64,000 bases of DNA from Trichoplax adhaerens (lineage: Eukaryota; Animalia; Placozoa). Below, piece by piece: positions 1-13,300 of this stretch. The notes beneath the pieces are model-generated. The model had not been told where the DNA came from. It saw nothing but the letters and a program-made list of their open reading frames with translations, and made no database searches. The DNA lies in the NCBI RefSeq assembly GCF_000150275.1, contig NW_002060951.1:374775-438774 (forward strand). The letters are read 5' to 3'. The stretch's first letter is position 1, and the number at the start of each line of letters is the position of its first letter. The translations under genes were made by a program, and so were the position numbers.

Positions 1-3000
1 GAATATGAGTTTCAAAATGACATTATTGATTAGTCACAAGGTGAGAGAATAAGTTGTTATTATTTCATGGAAACATAATCCGGCCAATGAGTCAACTTAA
101 AAGATGAAAGGAATTTAATAAAATAGTCATTTTAACTATTGATAACGTAATTGAATTGTCATTAAAGTGAATCAAAATAAAATCTAGATTAACATGCAGA
201 TGAATAATTCACTATCATTTGTCATTATTAAGGTAACAATATGCAATTAAACTGTGATGTAACATCTTCTTATTTAAAAAGAATTGCCTGCAATCCAACT
301 GTTTTCATTCTCTATGATCATCGCTAGATAATTGTAGGCATTTGATCAGCAATTAATTTTACTAGATATCTTACGAAAGAAAAATAAATTTTATCTTTTC
401 CCAATTTGATGAAATGGATTAAAATCGTTTTATTGATGATGGGGGAAATGATAGACTGAATTCGTATGGCAGCTGCCACACGTCTCTTTCGTTACCATAT
501 GTTTTATTATATTTTAATCATCTTATTTCTTTCCATCTGGTTGCCGTTGACCATTATTCTATATTTATTCATCTTTTGATTTCTTACCCCCTAGTGTTAG
601 CTAAAAAAATCAAGGCGGTTTCTTTAACTGTAAGCGCCACTAAATTGATATTTAGTTAAAAGCTATTGAATTTATTCAAGTCAAATAGTCTATTATAAAT
701 TTGAATTATCTCATTATTACTTGGACGTGTGTGCTTGCCTATGGAAGTGTGTAAAAGCGTGTAAGGTTAATCTATCTGTCATCATTAAGGATTTGAAGAT
801 CAATCAATCAATCAAATTATTCACGTCATGATCTTGCTTTTGTCACATACTATTATCGAAATTATAATATTATTCATATTAACAATCTAGCTTTTCTCTT
901 CCGTCCATAACATAGATTTTGTAATTTGAGATTTATCTACTGTAATACTTTTTTTCACTTAATCCTATTGAAAACATGATCAGTTTAGATTTAAAATAGC
1001 TTACTACCGGTATTGACTTAAAGCTAATGGAAATCATTAGTAAATTAAGACATCTACGGGTAAGCCGAAAAAACAGATATATCAACATTAATGACTTATA
1101 AACGGAAGGAAAATTCGCAGATGGAATGACCCCTCCAAAAAAATAGATGAAAACAACATTACCATTGTTCATGATCAATTCAGTATCGTCATCATATTTC
1201 TATTTGGGGATTGTTATATAAGATCGGAACGGATGAAGAATCGGTTGTATTATCTCATTTCAAGATAAAGCAGTGTATAAAGATAGAAAATGATGGAAAG
1301 AATAGAAAATTATACAAATAGTTAATCTATTAGTTCAATCGACCCAAGTTTGAAGTTAACATTTGCATAACTTGATTTATTTATTATCCTGATAATACCG
1401 TAACAAAATAGAATTAATTGAAAAGCACTTGACACATGGCTACAGACAATAGAATAATAGGAAAGCAATTTAGTCAATGGTCATAACAATGGTCAAAGTA
1501 GATAATTGACATGTAAATAGTCGTCAGTTAGTTTTGTTTGTTAAATCTAATAACAACAAAACAATTAATCTGATTAAGCTTTTTGAATGTGGACTAACAA
1601 GTCTAGTCTATTCGCCGAAGATTAGTATAATTGAGTGATTTACTAAAGACTTCTCCTAATAAAGTAGGGTTACACTTAAATAGGAGATAACGGGATAAAT
1701 TTTATTAGATAATATTGTATGAACATGTCATAACAATAGATTAATGTATCATCAAACAAGTATAGTTAACAAAAGCAGGGCACAAATCAGTGATTGGAAT
1801 AGAAGTCTGTACTGCTAGGAGGTGGCTTTGTCTTTTAATTTAATTACATTTGACAATAGTGCAAGTAGCATTGTGTACGTGTTTGTAGGTTTTCAATCGA
1901 GAAAGTTTTTTTCAATCCAAGAGTCTTTCAACTGTCTAGATCGATAGTTGGATTAATTAAAACAATAACCAAATTAGAAAAGAATAGAAAGGGGATACAT
2001 AAATACTTTACACATAGTCTACTTCCATTTCATACTCGGATTATCAGATAGTCAGCAAACCTATCCTGTTCCTTTGGCTAATTTAATTCGTGACCTAAAA
2101 TATCGCTACTTTTTAGGTAAGATTTTATTTTTTTCTGTCATTGGAACTTATCATCATTTTTATCATGACTACGTCCGTGTGCACTGTGCTTAAACTTGCT
2201 TAAATTTTTAAAGTTATCCTCCATCTTTATACGCTTGAAATATTACAGTATTTTGGAACTACATTTCGTCTGCAGGAGATTTACATTTGTTGTGATTAAC
2301 AGTATAAGTTTGTGGTAATAGCAACCGTATTTCACATATTGTTCATGAGAAGAAAGGATTTCTTTCAGTTTATCGGTTACATGATCTTCTCTATGAGCCA
2401 AAAAAATCTTGGCCAACTTTTTTAAGTAATTCTAATACTGCTAACTTAATACCGAGAATCTTTGATCGAATAGTTTAATCAGTACATATATAATGACGGA
2501 TTTAATTTTAATCAATGCAATTATTGGATACATGTCTACGACAACATACTATAGAAGTGTACGTTGGAATATTGGTAGCACCAAAGCAGAAATGATTTCA
2601 TTAGATAATTAAGTTGGCTTCTCAATATTAATCAGACGATAAATTAATTATATACCATTACTACTATTAGGCGGGGATAGAAGATATCTGAGAATATCTA
2701 GTCCTTTTGATGATTGACTTTAAATTTGTGCTGATGATTACTTCTTGCGTCTTCATATTTTCAATATATGCCTAGTTTCGTGTCGTATGTATCAAATTGT
2801 CCACTTAATAAATCTATTGATTTTTAATTGATGGAGCTAACCATGGCAATTCATTACCGTAGCAAAAGCCTTCATCATACTAGTATATCGCTATACCAGC
2901 TGATGGTTCAAAGTAGTACCGTAGTGAGAAAAAACTTCCAAGCTGATCGAATAGTACCTAAAACAACAAAACATATCCTGTACAGTAATTAAAATGGCGA

Positions 3001-3446
3001 CTAATGTACCAAGCGGTACCCATTCTTGGCATGAAGAAATAAATTTAGAGATAATAACAATAATAATTGATAGGCTAAGCTATTTAGCAAATTGAAAAAA
3101 CCTGATCACCAGGTTAATACAGAAAAGAATGTGCAATTCTTCCCATTTAACAAATCGGTTAACCACTGCACATAGGGTATATTATACACACTACAGCACA
3201 ATGTATATTGTATTCTATTAATGACAACCATATTACAGTAAATGATGATATCTTGTTTCTATGATGAGTTACATATTTGTCAAGGTGTATGTTAGAATCT
3301 TTTCGAGGGAATTACATAACTACTGCTTACGGCTAATCTTCTAACTAAAATAATCTTGCTTTGCATTATTAAAGAGATAAATCCTTTTTCTATGTTGTAT
3401 AGATTCTAATCTTCATATCTGAAATTATTTCCTATCAAGAACAAAG

Positions 3447-6400
3447 ATGAAAAATAGCGACAAGCAACAACGCTCACCTAAATGTGCTCGCTGCCGCAAT
3501 CATGGGGTTATTTCTATCTTAAAAGGGCATAAACGTTATTGCCGTTGGCGCGATTGTACATGTGCAAAATGTATCCTGATTGCAGAAAGGCAAAGAGTTA
3601 TGGCTGCTCAAGTTGCGTTAAGGCGACAACAGGCACAAGAAGAAAATGAAGCAATTTACTTTAATTCAGCATCCAGTAATGCCACTAATACAGCCGCAGC
3701 ATCTAATATCCTCCCTTCGATCAATCACGATGGCAGCCATTGCCGTCAGGATAAAGAATCTATGGTGATCCATCACGGAATGAAACGCTTTAAAAGAGCA
3801 GATAGTCAAGATCATGATCGTCATGGTAAGTTAAACTTAGTAAGGTATAATAAGTAATCATCTTCAATATTAATCAGTAATGTATGTATTTATGACAAAA
3901 TAGTTGTTAATAATTATAAGTTAAGGTATAAGCTATATACTGCTATGTATTGGCCTGATTCCTGTTAGTAAATGCGACAATGTTGTTCAAATAGCTATCC
4001 AAGTAAATATGTGATGATGATGAACCGAAGTACTACTTTTAATGCGGTTAAAAAAATATTTCCTTCTGAGTGATTGCTCTATCAGTTGAAATATCGGGGG
4101 TAAAAGTTTTCCTCAACCGAAGTCATAAATGAACATATTTACAAAAGCATTTCGTTGAGGAATTCAGTAAAGAGAATTTATTTAAATTTGGTAACTGAAA
4201 TACATAATCACTGCACTTTAAACCTATCCTCGTAGTGTATTTACAATATTTACTTTTCTTAGTCATTAAAACAGACTGTAGAATAGCTTTAGTTTAATAA
4301 TCATTTTTACTTAAATCAGTGCCGTCGGCTTTCATGACTGAAAGAGAGTTACAAATTTAAAGATTTTATTAGTATGTTGCCACATATTAAAGCTAACGCA
4401 CACGTCTTAGATAATTTCAGTCGACCCCCTCCGGCCTTACTATTGAGCTATAACAATTGCTTGGCATGTTTTCAAAAGAAATATAAAACATCATTTGATT
4501 CTTCTTGCTGGTACCGCGTGCTGCAAGTCGATTGAAATAATAATTATCCCCTATGGCATCTAATTCAACATTACACAATATTGTCATCATATCTTGATTA
4601 ATGACGATAAAAGTATCAATCATATCTACTTTTTATACTATGTTAGTAACTTTTTCCTATTAATGATGATAGTTCATACTTACTGATAATACTAAGATTG
4701 GAAATTGATGTTTAGTCATCTATTATTTAGCAAGGTTATAAGTCAGGTGGGCTTAAGTTAACATCGTTGCCAATGTGGGTATATATTGTTTTACAATTTT
4801 TTTTATCTGATTCATTATATTCATTTCCAGTATGAAATAAAATTATATTAATACAATGAGTCAAAGATCTTTCCGTAGGTCGAACTGACTTCGTAGAGAT
4901 AGGGAGGGAGAGGAAGGGGAAAAGATATTATTAGTGTTCCAAGGCTTTCCGACTACCTTATCGATGATGCAAAATATTACTCATTTCTTTATGGTTTATA
5001 TATAATTTAGTTGATATTACCACTATTTCGTCTGAGAAATATTTTTGGTTATACAGCTGCTACAATACTCCTAATTGATACGTCAAGTAGTTTATAGATG
5101 GTGCGATAGGAATTGGATTGGTATACCGTTTAGTAGTATATGTTGTTCAGACTATGAAATGTACCTTTATAACCTGCAAATTACTATAAGAGAATCATGA
5201 AATCATTGCTGTTAAACATTTTCGCCAGAATTATGACTACTCTCGACAGCAGATAAGAATAGATTCAGTTTTTCACCTTGTCAACTTGTTTATCGTTAAT
5301 AATAATAGTGATTAGAATAAAAATTAAACAACTACAGCGGTTAACCATTGCAATCATTTTACGCTTTTCGGCGCTTCTGCCATATAAGATTTAATTCGCT
5401 GTCATTAATCCATTCTTATATCATAGCTTAAATCAAGTCAACTTTCTTAATGAGCAGAGTAGAGAAAGAATAATCTAGATTTATCGGTTTGACGGATTTA
5501 AATTTAAAAAACTGTGAAGTAAGTGCGTTTAGCCTAGTAACTAAACTTGATTGAATATTTAAAGATCTACGGAGACCTAGTAATACATGCTATTACTAAA
5601 CCAGACGTTTAAACATACAGTGTATATTAGAAAGCAATAATTTCAAAATTTTCCAACGCAGTATTTGTGGTTCGCCCTCCCTTTCTAATATCCTTCTAAT
5701 CCTACATAATTCTCTGAGATGATCGTTTGTTATTTTCAATCAACTCTGATACTCTGTTTAATTAAACAATGCGGTAGAAAACAATCATAGACCCCGTCAA
5801 GTTGGCCAGACAATCGAGTAGAGTTTAAATATTAATATAAATTGGATTAAAGGATTTAAATTTCACGTACATTGTTTATGATTATTTTGCTTGTTCCACC
5901 CGTTTTTCCTATACATTCTTCTCGTACATTGACTTACAAATCAGTTTATCATGTACGTATTCATCAGCCAGAATAAATTATATCTAAAGGATTAAACGAT
6001 GAGTACTAGATATCGACCATAATTCATATCTCAATTGTAAGTTGTAAACTATCTCAAATATTACTATGAAACTATAAGAACAGATTAGATAAAAGCAGAT
6101 CGTTTACTTGAATGAAAAGATTATTTGTCTAAACAGGTAAGAAATTGATGGCGTTAGGGCAGCCACACGATCTAGAACAACAAAATGTCGTATAAATTTT
6201 AACTTCGTCGATCAGCCTGAGGTGATATTCAAACACAAATGATCAACAATCTCTCGACAATTGTTTTACCAGGTGGTTAAACTTAATCAAGACAACAGAG
6301 ACAACATTACGTAAATTATACTTGCTATTATTTATTATATAATTAAGCCCTAACAATAAATCAAAATAGACACTATTACTTCATTTGTGATAGTTTTCAC

Positions 6401-9289
6401 AGAGGCCTAGGGGTGGAGTATACACACATTACCGTAGCTGCTGATTATCCATTTTTCTATAGTTATAGACATATCCAGTAAAAGTATGTCATAGCGATCA
6501 TACTGTTGTTGCACAATTCATTTTAACTTAGCAGAAAAATTAATGTAGTAAGACAGTCAAATGTTATGCCAATTAAATATGTTATTAGTCTAATTTTTAA
6601 CCTCAAGAAATTTCTCAGTTGTAGTCTTAACCGTAATTGTTAATAACCCTGGTTGTTAAATATTACCCTTGAAAGTATGAATATCATCATATCAGATCAT
6701 AAAATATATTGTATAGATAGTAGATGACTTCATTTCTCTTGTGAAATTACGACAACGTTGCTGTTGTTGCTGTTATAATTATATAATTTATTGTGGTTGT
6801 TCTGCCTTTAACAATAGTGTTGTTAAAGGAAATTGCAATGTAGTTACTTTGAATAGTAATATCGATACAATTTCAAATTCAAAAGTTTTCTAAACAGTAC
6901 CCTTACGATAAAAGAATCTACATTTTCTCGAATATTTCTGTCCTTAAACTAGATTAGAGTATGATGCAATCATCTTGGGATATTGTTTGCGATTTGAAAG
7001 TGGTTACAACATCAAGTAATTTTTTCTTAAAAATAGAGAGGGATAAAAATATGTTTTATGGACAGTAATAATTAATCTTTGATTAGTTTACGCTAACTGT
7101 CAAATATTTTCATATACTGCTTTATACCGCCACTTATCGCTATTTTGCTACGTCTTACTAGTGTAAGACGAAAAAAAGAAGGAAAAATTTCAATAACACC
7201 GGTGTTACTTCGACCGTGACCAACTTTTGTCCTTTCGGTCCTTTACCGTTTCGAAATGTAGTTAATACTAGACTAAGTTACCGTGGTTGAGAATTTAAAC
7301 GAGGTACGGATACTTTTCAATGACTAAAATCAATTTATCGCACCAATAGTATCTGAAGGGATTTATAATGGTAAAATTAAAGCTTTCTCTAAAGTCTATG
7401 AAATGCGAACGTTAATTAATATGAAAGAGTTCATAATTAGAGAAAAAATTGATAGCTAATGGAGATTATACTTAATTTAGGTCAATTATAGTATAAATCA
7501 TTTTATTAAGCGTTAAAATAGCTATATAAGATGTGTAATTACATCATACAAAGAAAACCTTATTTCATAAATGGTCAATTTAAAATGACGGCAATCAATT
7601 GATTTGAGTCTTTACAATCCTTAAAGTTACTATAGTAAGAAAGATGGATATCGTCTAAAACTCTTACTGTCCCATTAGAGTAGGCGTAATGTAGATGTTT
7701 GCTATGTTAGTTGTGGCTAGCCTCTTTAACAGCTCCATTTTATGCTCTATCGAAAAAGTAAGCATGATTTTGATAGTTTTATACTAAAGTACCATCACAA
7801 TCAATTGTATTCGTAGCTGACTGATGTAATCAAATTCTTCGCTTTCTCCGTTAGCTATTGCTACGCTTAGTACGCGTAGCAGATAGAATTTGGCTGTAAA
7901 TTCTAATTCAATCGACAGAATGAATGTTTAGAAACATTCAGTTAAAGAATGCAATTCGCTGATACTCTATTTTGACTCATTAAAATAACAGTCTGAACGT
8001 ATATAACATTATACAATCAAATAGTTGTCAAACAATACTGTTGTATACTAATTGTTTCTTGACATCGCCGCCTTTCTTTCTTTCAGCTTTTGTATGCCTG
8101 TCTTAACGGTTAGCGTGTTGTTGTCAACGTCTAACCAATATACTACCATCTATAGCCTGTCTCGATAAAAGCTATAGAAAGTAATTATTAATCCATCTCT
8201 ATTGTATCGAATCATTTTGCTATTGCACAAACAAATTACCGAAATTAAGCAAATGATAAACGAATTGACTACTGTTGACCAAGTCGTAAAAAAATCGACG
8301 ATATTCTCTGGACTGAAAATTATATATACAACACTACTAGCATGCCATCTAATACCCTTAATCACATATGACTCTATTCACTACTACTGTATTATTGACA
8401 GCACAAAATTAGAATGGCCCTGATTTGTATCTTCTTTCTTACCAGTATATCTTCGTTGCGATACCGTTTTCTTATTGCGCTACTGTGATATAAGTTTAAA
8501 AATAATAGGAGAAATTATTCAACAATCTCCTTCTTAACATAGCTTTTCTACCTGAAACTACTAAACTGAAGGTAGCATTCATTATTCTTTTAATCCTATT
8601 CCTTATATATATATTATTTTAATTTGATATGATTAGATTTAAAACGCACTCGTTTAAATGATAAAAGCGACGGGAGTGACGATGAAAAGATAGATAGCGA
8701 CTACTCAGATGAAAGTTCTACCAAGGATAGAAACAATTCAATTCTGTCACCTCAGCAGCAAACTAATGGAAATGGTGACAACAGCAATAGTAGCAAGTCC
8801 GATTCTAAAATGACATTGATGAATGGAAGTATGTTAGTTGGTGTCAACGGTGAAAATCGATCTCATGATTCTCCATTGAATGTTCTGTATCGTGTTTTTC
8901 CTCATCGCAATCGTAGTTTTCTTCAATTGATATTACAAGCTTGCAATGGCGATTTAGTTCAAGCCATCGAACAAATTAGTCGTAGTCCAATTAATCGTGG
9001 CTCCGGTTTACCACCATCGCAGTTGATTTCACCAACGACAGCACCCTATTTGGCTTCTTCATTTGTTCCACCAACATCCTTATCAGCAAGCAGTCAACCA
9101 ATGCGGTTATCTTATGGATCGGATAGTTTACTAACGATGGTGAATCCAAGTTATCCACCCCATCTGCCGCTAAACAATTTTACTGGATTTACATCACGCG
9201 ATATGCAGTCACAGCAAGTTTCTCATGCCTCGCAAGGTTTGCATTCACGCAATTGTTACCTTTGCAACCTTTATGGGCAACCAAAATAA
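3447..9289 (+). CDS. DMRTA: DMRT-family transcription factor with DM and DMA domains (DMRTA/dmrt4-5-like), ~343 aa; exons 3447-3825 and 8637-9289 (possible alternative last exon 9360-9391)
   Basis: Exon 1 encodes a complete DM zinc module [61 protein letters not shown]. Phase-1 donor G|GTAAG at 3825/3826 joins acceptor TTAG| at 8636 in frame with ORF 8810-9289, which has a DMA-type motif [36 protein letters not shown]. Confidence 0.9.
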
Positions 9290-10340
9290 TATTATTGAGC
9301 ATTTGATTAGAAAAATTGTACGAGTATCTGCAATTTATACTTTGTATTATTCTGTATAGTTCCAGGCCTAACAGCAGCAATGATGTACTGAAATCAACAA
9401 AAAGTGATACACAGTCATCCAAATATGAATATTGAAATGAACGAATTTATTACCGGCGTGGAAGAACAATCCAAAAATCGCTTAGATTTTACTCCAATAC
9501 AACCAACTTATCTTACAAATTTCTTAGTTTAATTAATTAGTCATAGCAAGAATGTATTTAGCGCTAAATGCTGATATCAATGAAATTTTATGATAGTCTT
9601 ATTATTGAGCTGATTGGATTTCTAGTAATATTAGCGGTATAGTTATAATAGTATTTAAGCATATCATTAGTACAGATTGATTCCAGTTTACGATAATGGG
9701 TACTGTATAATAATTATATAATTATCGTATCGGTTTTATATATTCTCTACAGAATATGATGGTTTTCCTTTGCCGGTATTTTATGGCTTAAGTTAAGACA
9801 TTGGTGTGTAGAGCCGTAGTCATACACATCTTTTCCTAAATTAGAGAATGGAACGCTGAATATTAACGCTTCTGTCATCAGTTTCAGCGCTGATGTGGCA
9901 AATCTTTTGAAAAGTCACAGTCACTGTGTAGTGTGTGCAGTCTAAATAATAGTCAGTCATTATATGATTATATTGCAATATCTGTCTATCTTTAAGTGCT
10001 AGAATAAGTTGAAACTGAGTGATTCTGCTAACTTTTTTTCATCAAATACTTCATTTTTATTAATATATTGCAATAATCCTGGCATGCAATGATTATTTTA
10101 ATCGAATTTAGTTATAGCAGTGGAATTATAGGAAATGCCATTGGTTTCGTAATTGTTATCAGCTTACGTACCGTAACCTATATACCATCAATAATTCTAT
10201 TAGGCACTGGATTTTTGCCATCTTATCTAGAAAAATTGATAGATTTAGCCCTTGATTATTATGTTCGCATTAATTATGGTGCCAATCGACATAAAAGTTT
10301 GTCAATCCTTGTAATATACATATGCATTACCTTATTCATT

Positions 10341-10390
10341 TATATATATATATATATATGTATATGTATATATGTGCATATATATATATT
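10341..10390. repeat. (TA)n microsatellite, imperfect
   Basis: tatatatatatatatatatgtatatgtatatatgtgcatatatatatatt read directly. Confidence 0.9.
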
Positions 10391-13300
10391 GACGGCCAAT
10401 ATATTTATCTTAAATATTATCCGAATATTTATCTGTATACAATTATATCTACCACAGTACAAGCTAATATACTCATCTATCTCATTTGAACATGGTTTTC
10501 TTTTAATCATATTATATTAACTATCATTTCTATTATTGCTGTTTCTCGGCTACAGCAATATAGCCAACTATAATCTGATCAAATGACTACCCTTCTATTT
10601 GCCATTTGATCACTTTAGATCATAATAAAAATATCAAATTAATTAAATTGCTATCAATCATTTCAATTATATTCCAAATAGATAGTACTGGTTAGGATAA
10701 CTTTGATAACATAACATTAAATAATGCAATTATTGAAATATAATGGTAATCAGTATGATAAGGAAACATATCCTTAGTATAATACGAAATTAAGTGGGAA
10801 GACGTAGACATTAAGCTAAATTTATTATAATATTATCTACCAGGATCTTAGCTTGCAAAGAGTGAGTTTATAGCTAGCACTTTATTCTTACTATCTAGTA
10901 TCCTGGATAACTCAAAAAACTGATGATTTTATCGTTATCAAAGAAGAGACCAAGCCACATCTATTTTCGATTGATAATGGTTAAAAACTCATTCATTACA
11001 GGAAGTTTACAGCTATATGGTACAGCAATGGTGTGCTATAGACTACAGTAAATAGTGAAGGAGAGTTGTACGTATAAGAGCATTGAGTTCTAATTGAAAT
11101 ATCGGCTGCAAGAAGAAGGAATAGCTTCTCCATAGTTTAGAACACAAGCCAAATATAGTTTGTCGTGTATAGCAATTACGGTTTCCGATATTTTCTACAG
11201 TCGTTTGCTATTACATAGCCTGTTATGGTATATGTTGTATCTAATCCTTCAGTGTTGTTTTCTAATTGATTCATATCCTCTCACTCCTTCATCATCTCAC
11301 ACAATTTAGTCTAGCCTTGCAACACGCGCGATTGCTGCTTTAACATTACCTTTCCTAAGTAAGCAAATACATATATTCCGCTGTTCTTTCTCTCACTATT
11401 TTCCTCGTTCACATACTACCTTTCAGATTATAATGGCTATTGCTGACCTACACCCAAGGCTAGAAATCAATCTCACAGAACCCTCAACATCACAATAAGC
11501 ACAGGATTTCGTATAAGGGAATTACTCTGACAGTGAGCAAGTTGCAGATGACACAGCCACAACAGCAAATTAATATTGTAAAAGTCTTAAAATAGTAACT
11601 AAATATACTTCCTTTTTAGCCGTTGGCCAGGAAATTAGATTTAATGAAAATATAAATCAGGGACTTGGTTTATCTTTTCTAGTATTTTAAATTTGCCTAT
11701 GTTCATTTCATTCTTAAAAGTATGTACGGCAATTGCGCACTAATTTGCCTCAGGATAATTTTTTGAAAATTCTTTGCTGTAATAAAACTATAGCTGAAAA
11801 ATTTTATCTAATTTGCATCGTTGACTCCAATTAAGCTGTAATGTTTTTAGTCGATAAATAATAGAATTAATAACATGTCAAGGGTAAAGCGAAAATATAA
11901 CTTATCTGCCCAGATCACATGTCGTAAATATCAGGGCTATTTACCTCAAAAGAGCAAACAATTGCAAATTTTGCTTAAGTTCGGATTGAAATATGTCAAT
12001 ATAACATATAATACTACTTTCGAACCTGTATTATTTAACCCATTCGTCGGAATTTAACTTATTCGAGCTATTCATTATATAGTTAGTAAACTACGGACAG
12101 TGCTGATGAGTGAAGTTCTGTAAGCAACTCTGTAACTGTGTCTATTAAGATTACTTCAAAGCTATGAGATATTTGTCACCGTAATCAAAATCGTAGTTGC
12201 GGTGGTAACACTGACTACTGTATCTAGTCTCACGACGTAAGGTAAATGGTGCATGAAGATATCGTAGCAAAAATGGTAGATTATCATAATTACACAACAC
12301 TGACTGTTTATCGTGAGAGCGATGGTGTTAATCGTGCCAATAATACACTCAATGTTCTATATTTACGGTGGTTTTATAGATGTTAGATCAATTCAAATAA
12401 AGAAGCAAAGTTAGCTAGAGATATTCTGGACAAAAATTACCATGTTGAATACAATAGAATGCACTTGAAACCTTTGAACACTTATCAAAAAACACTTTCC
12501 CTTTCAGAATTATGCAATCCGGATTAGAATTACAATGCTTCGCTAATAAGATAAAACCTTCAAATTCGCGAAACTGCGAGGGTATGCGAAAACCTTAAGC
12601 TCGCTGGAAATAAAAATTAACCTAGTCAATATTGGATTGATTAAGAGGTTTATCCAGCTATTAATACAGTAATAGCTTTATGGCAGTAAAATTAATGACA
12701 TTAATTAGATTAGCTTCTATTGATCTTTGCTGAATAATACAGCATATAAAGGCAGTAATTACTTGCCTAGATAAAACATCAGTTTTTGAAGTTAATCTCA
12801 AATTTATTGATAATCCCTAAATTTGGATAGATAGGAATCTTGATACATATAAGTAATCGTAGATAGGCTGGATGTAACGGAGGCCTTCTGTTAGGCACTT
12901 CGCATGAGTTGTCTTCTTTGATTGGACGAAAATGCTCAAATCTATTTCTTTTTACGCCATTTTGAAATGACTATTTAAGCTATGACACTCGTACATATTT
13001 ACTTTATTATTATTAAGAAGCTATACAAATGAAATTCTAGTCATTATCTACTAAAAGTGACGTTAAGCTTATTATAGCATTACAGCAGAAAGAGAGATGT
13101 TACTTATAACTACAGAACTATAGTTGGGAAGTTACTAACTATATGGATAATCCGAATAGAGTAGTTAAAAATTCTGTATCCTTAGTGCAAACGATTACTT
13201 CTTTGTTATATCAGGGAGATTGTACGTAAACGTCCCTTTGTAAAGAGTTTCGCATAATAACCCTGAATGGATTTAGTATATTAGTTTTGCTACCTATTAT

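Noticed and set aside
10089-10520. 143-aa hydrophobic ORF
   Set aside because: Runs through a (TA)n microsatellite (YIYIYI); low-complexity AT-rich translation with no recognisable domain.
11427-12480. Slightly GC-richer, coding-looking patches (MAIADLHPRLEINL..., MVHEDIVAKMVDY...)
   Set aside because: Short, interrupted by stops, no recognisable homology or consistent exon chain; a BLASTx would be needed to call a pseudogene.
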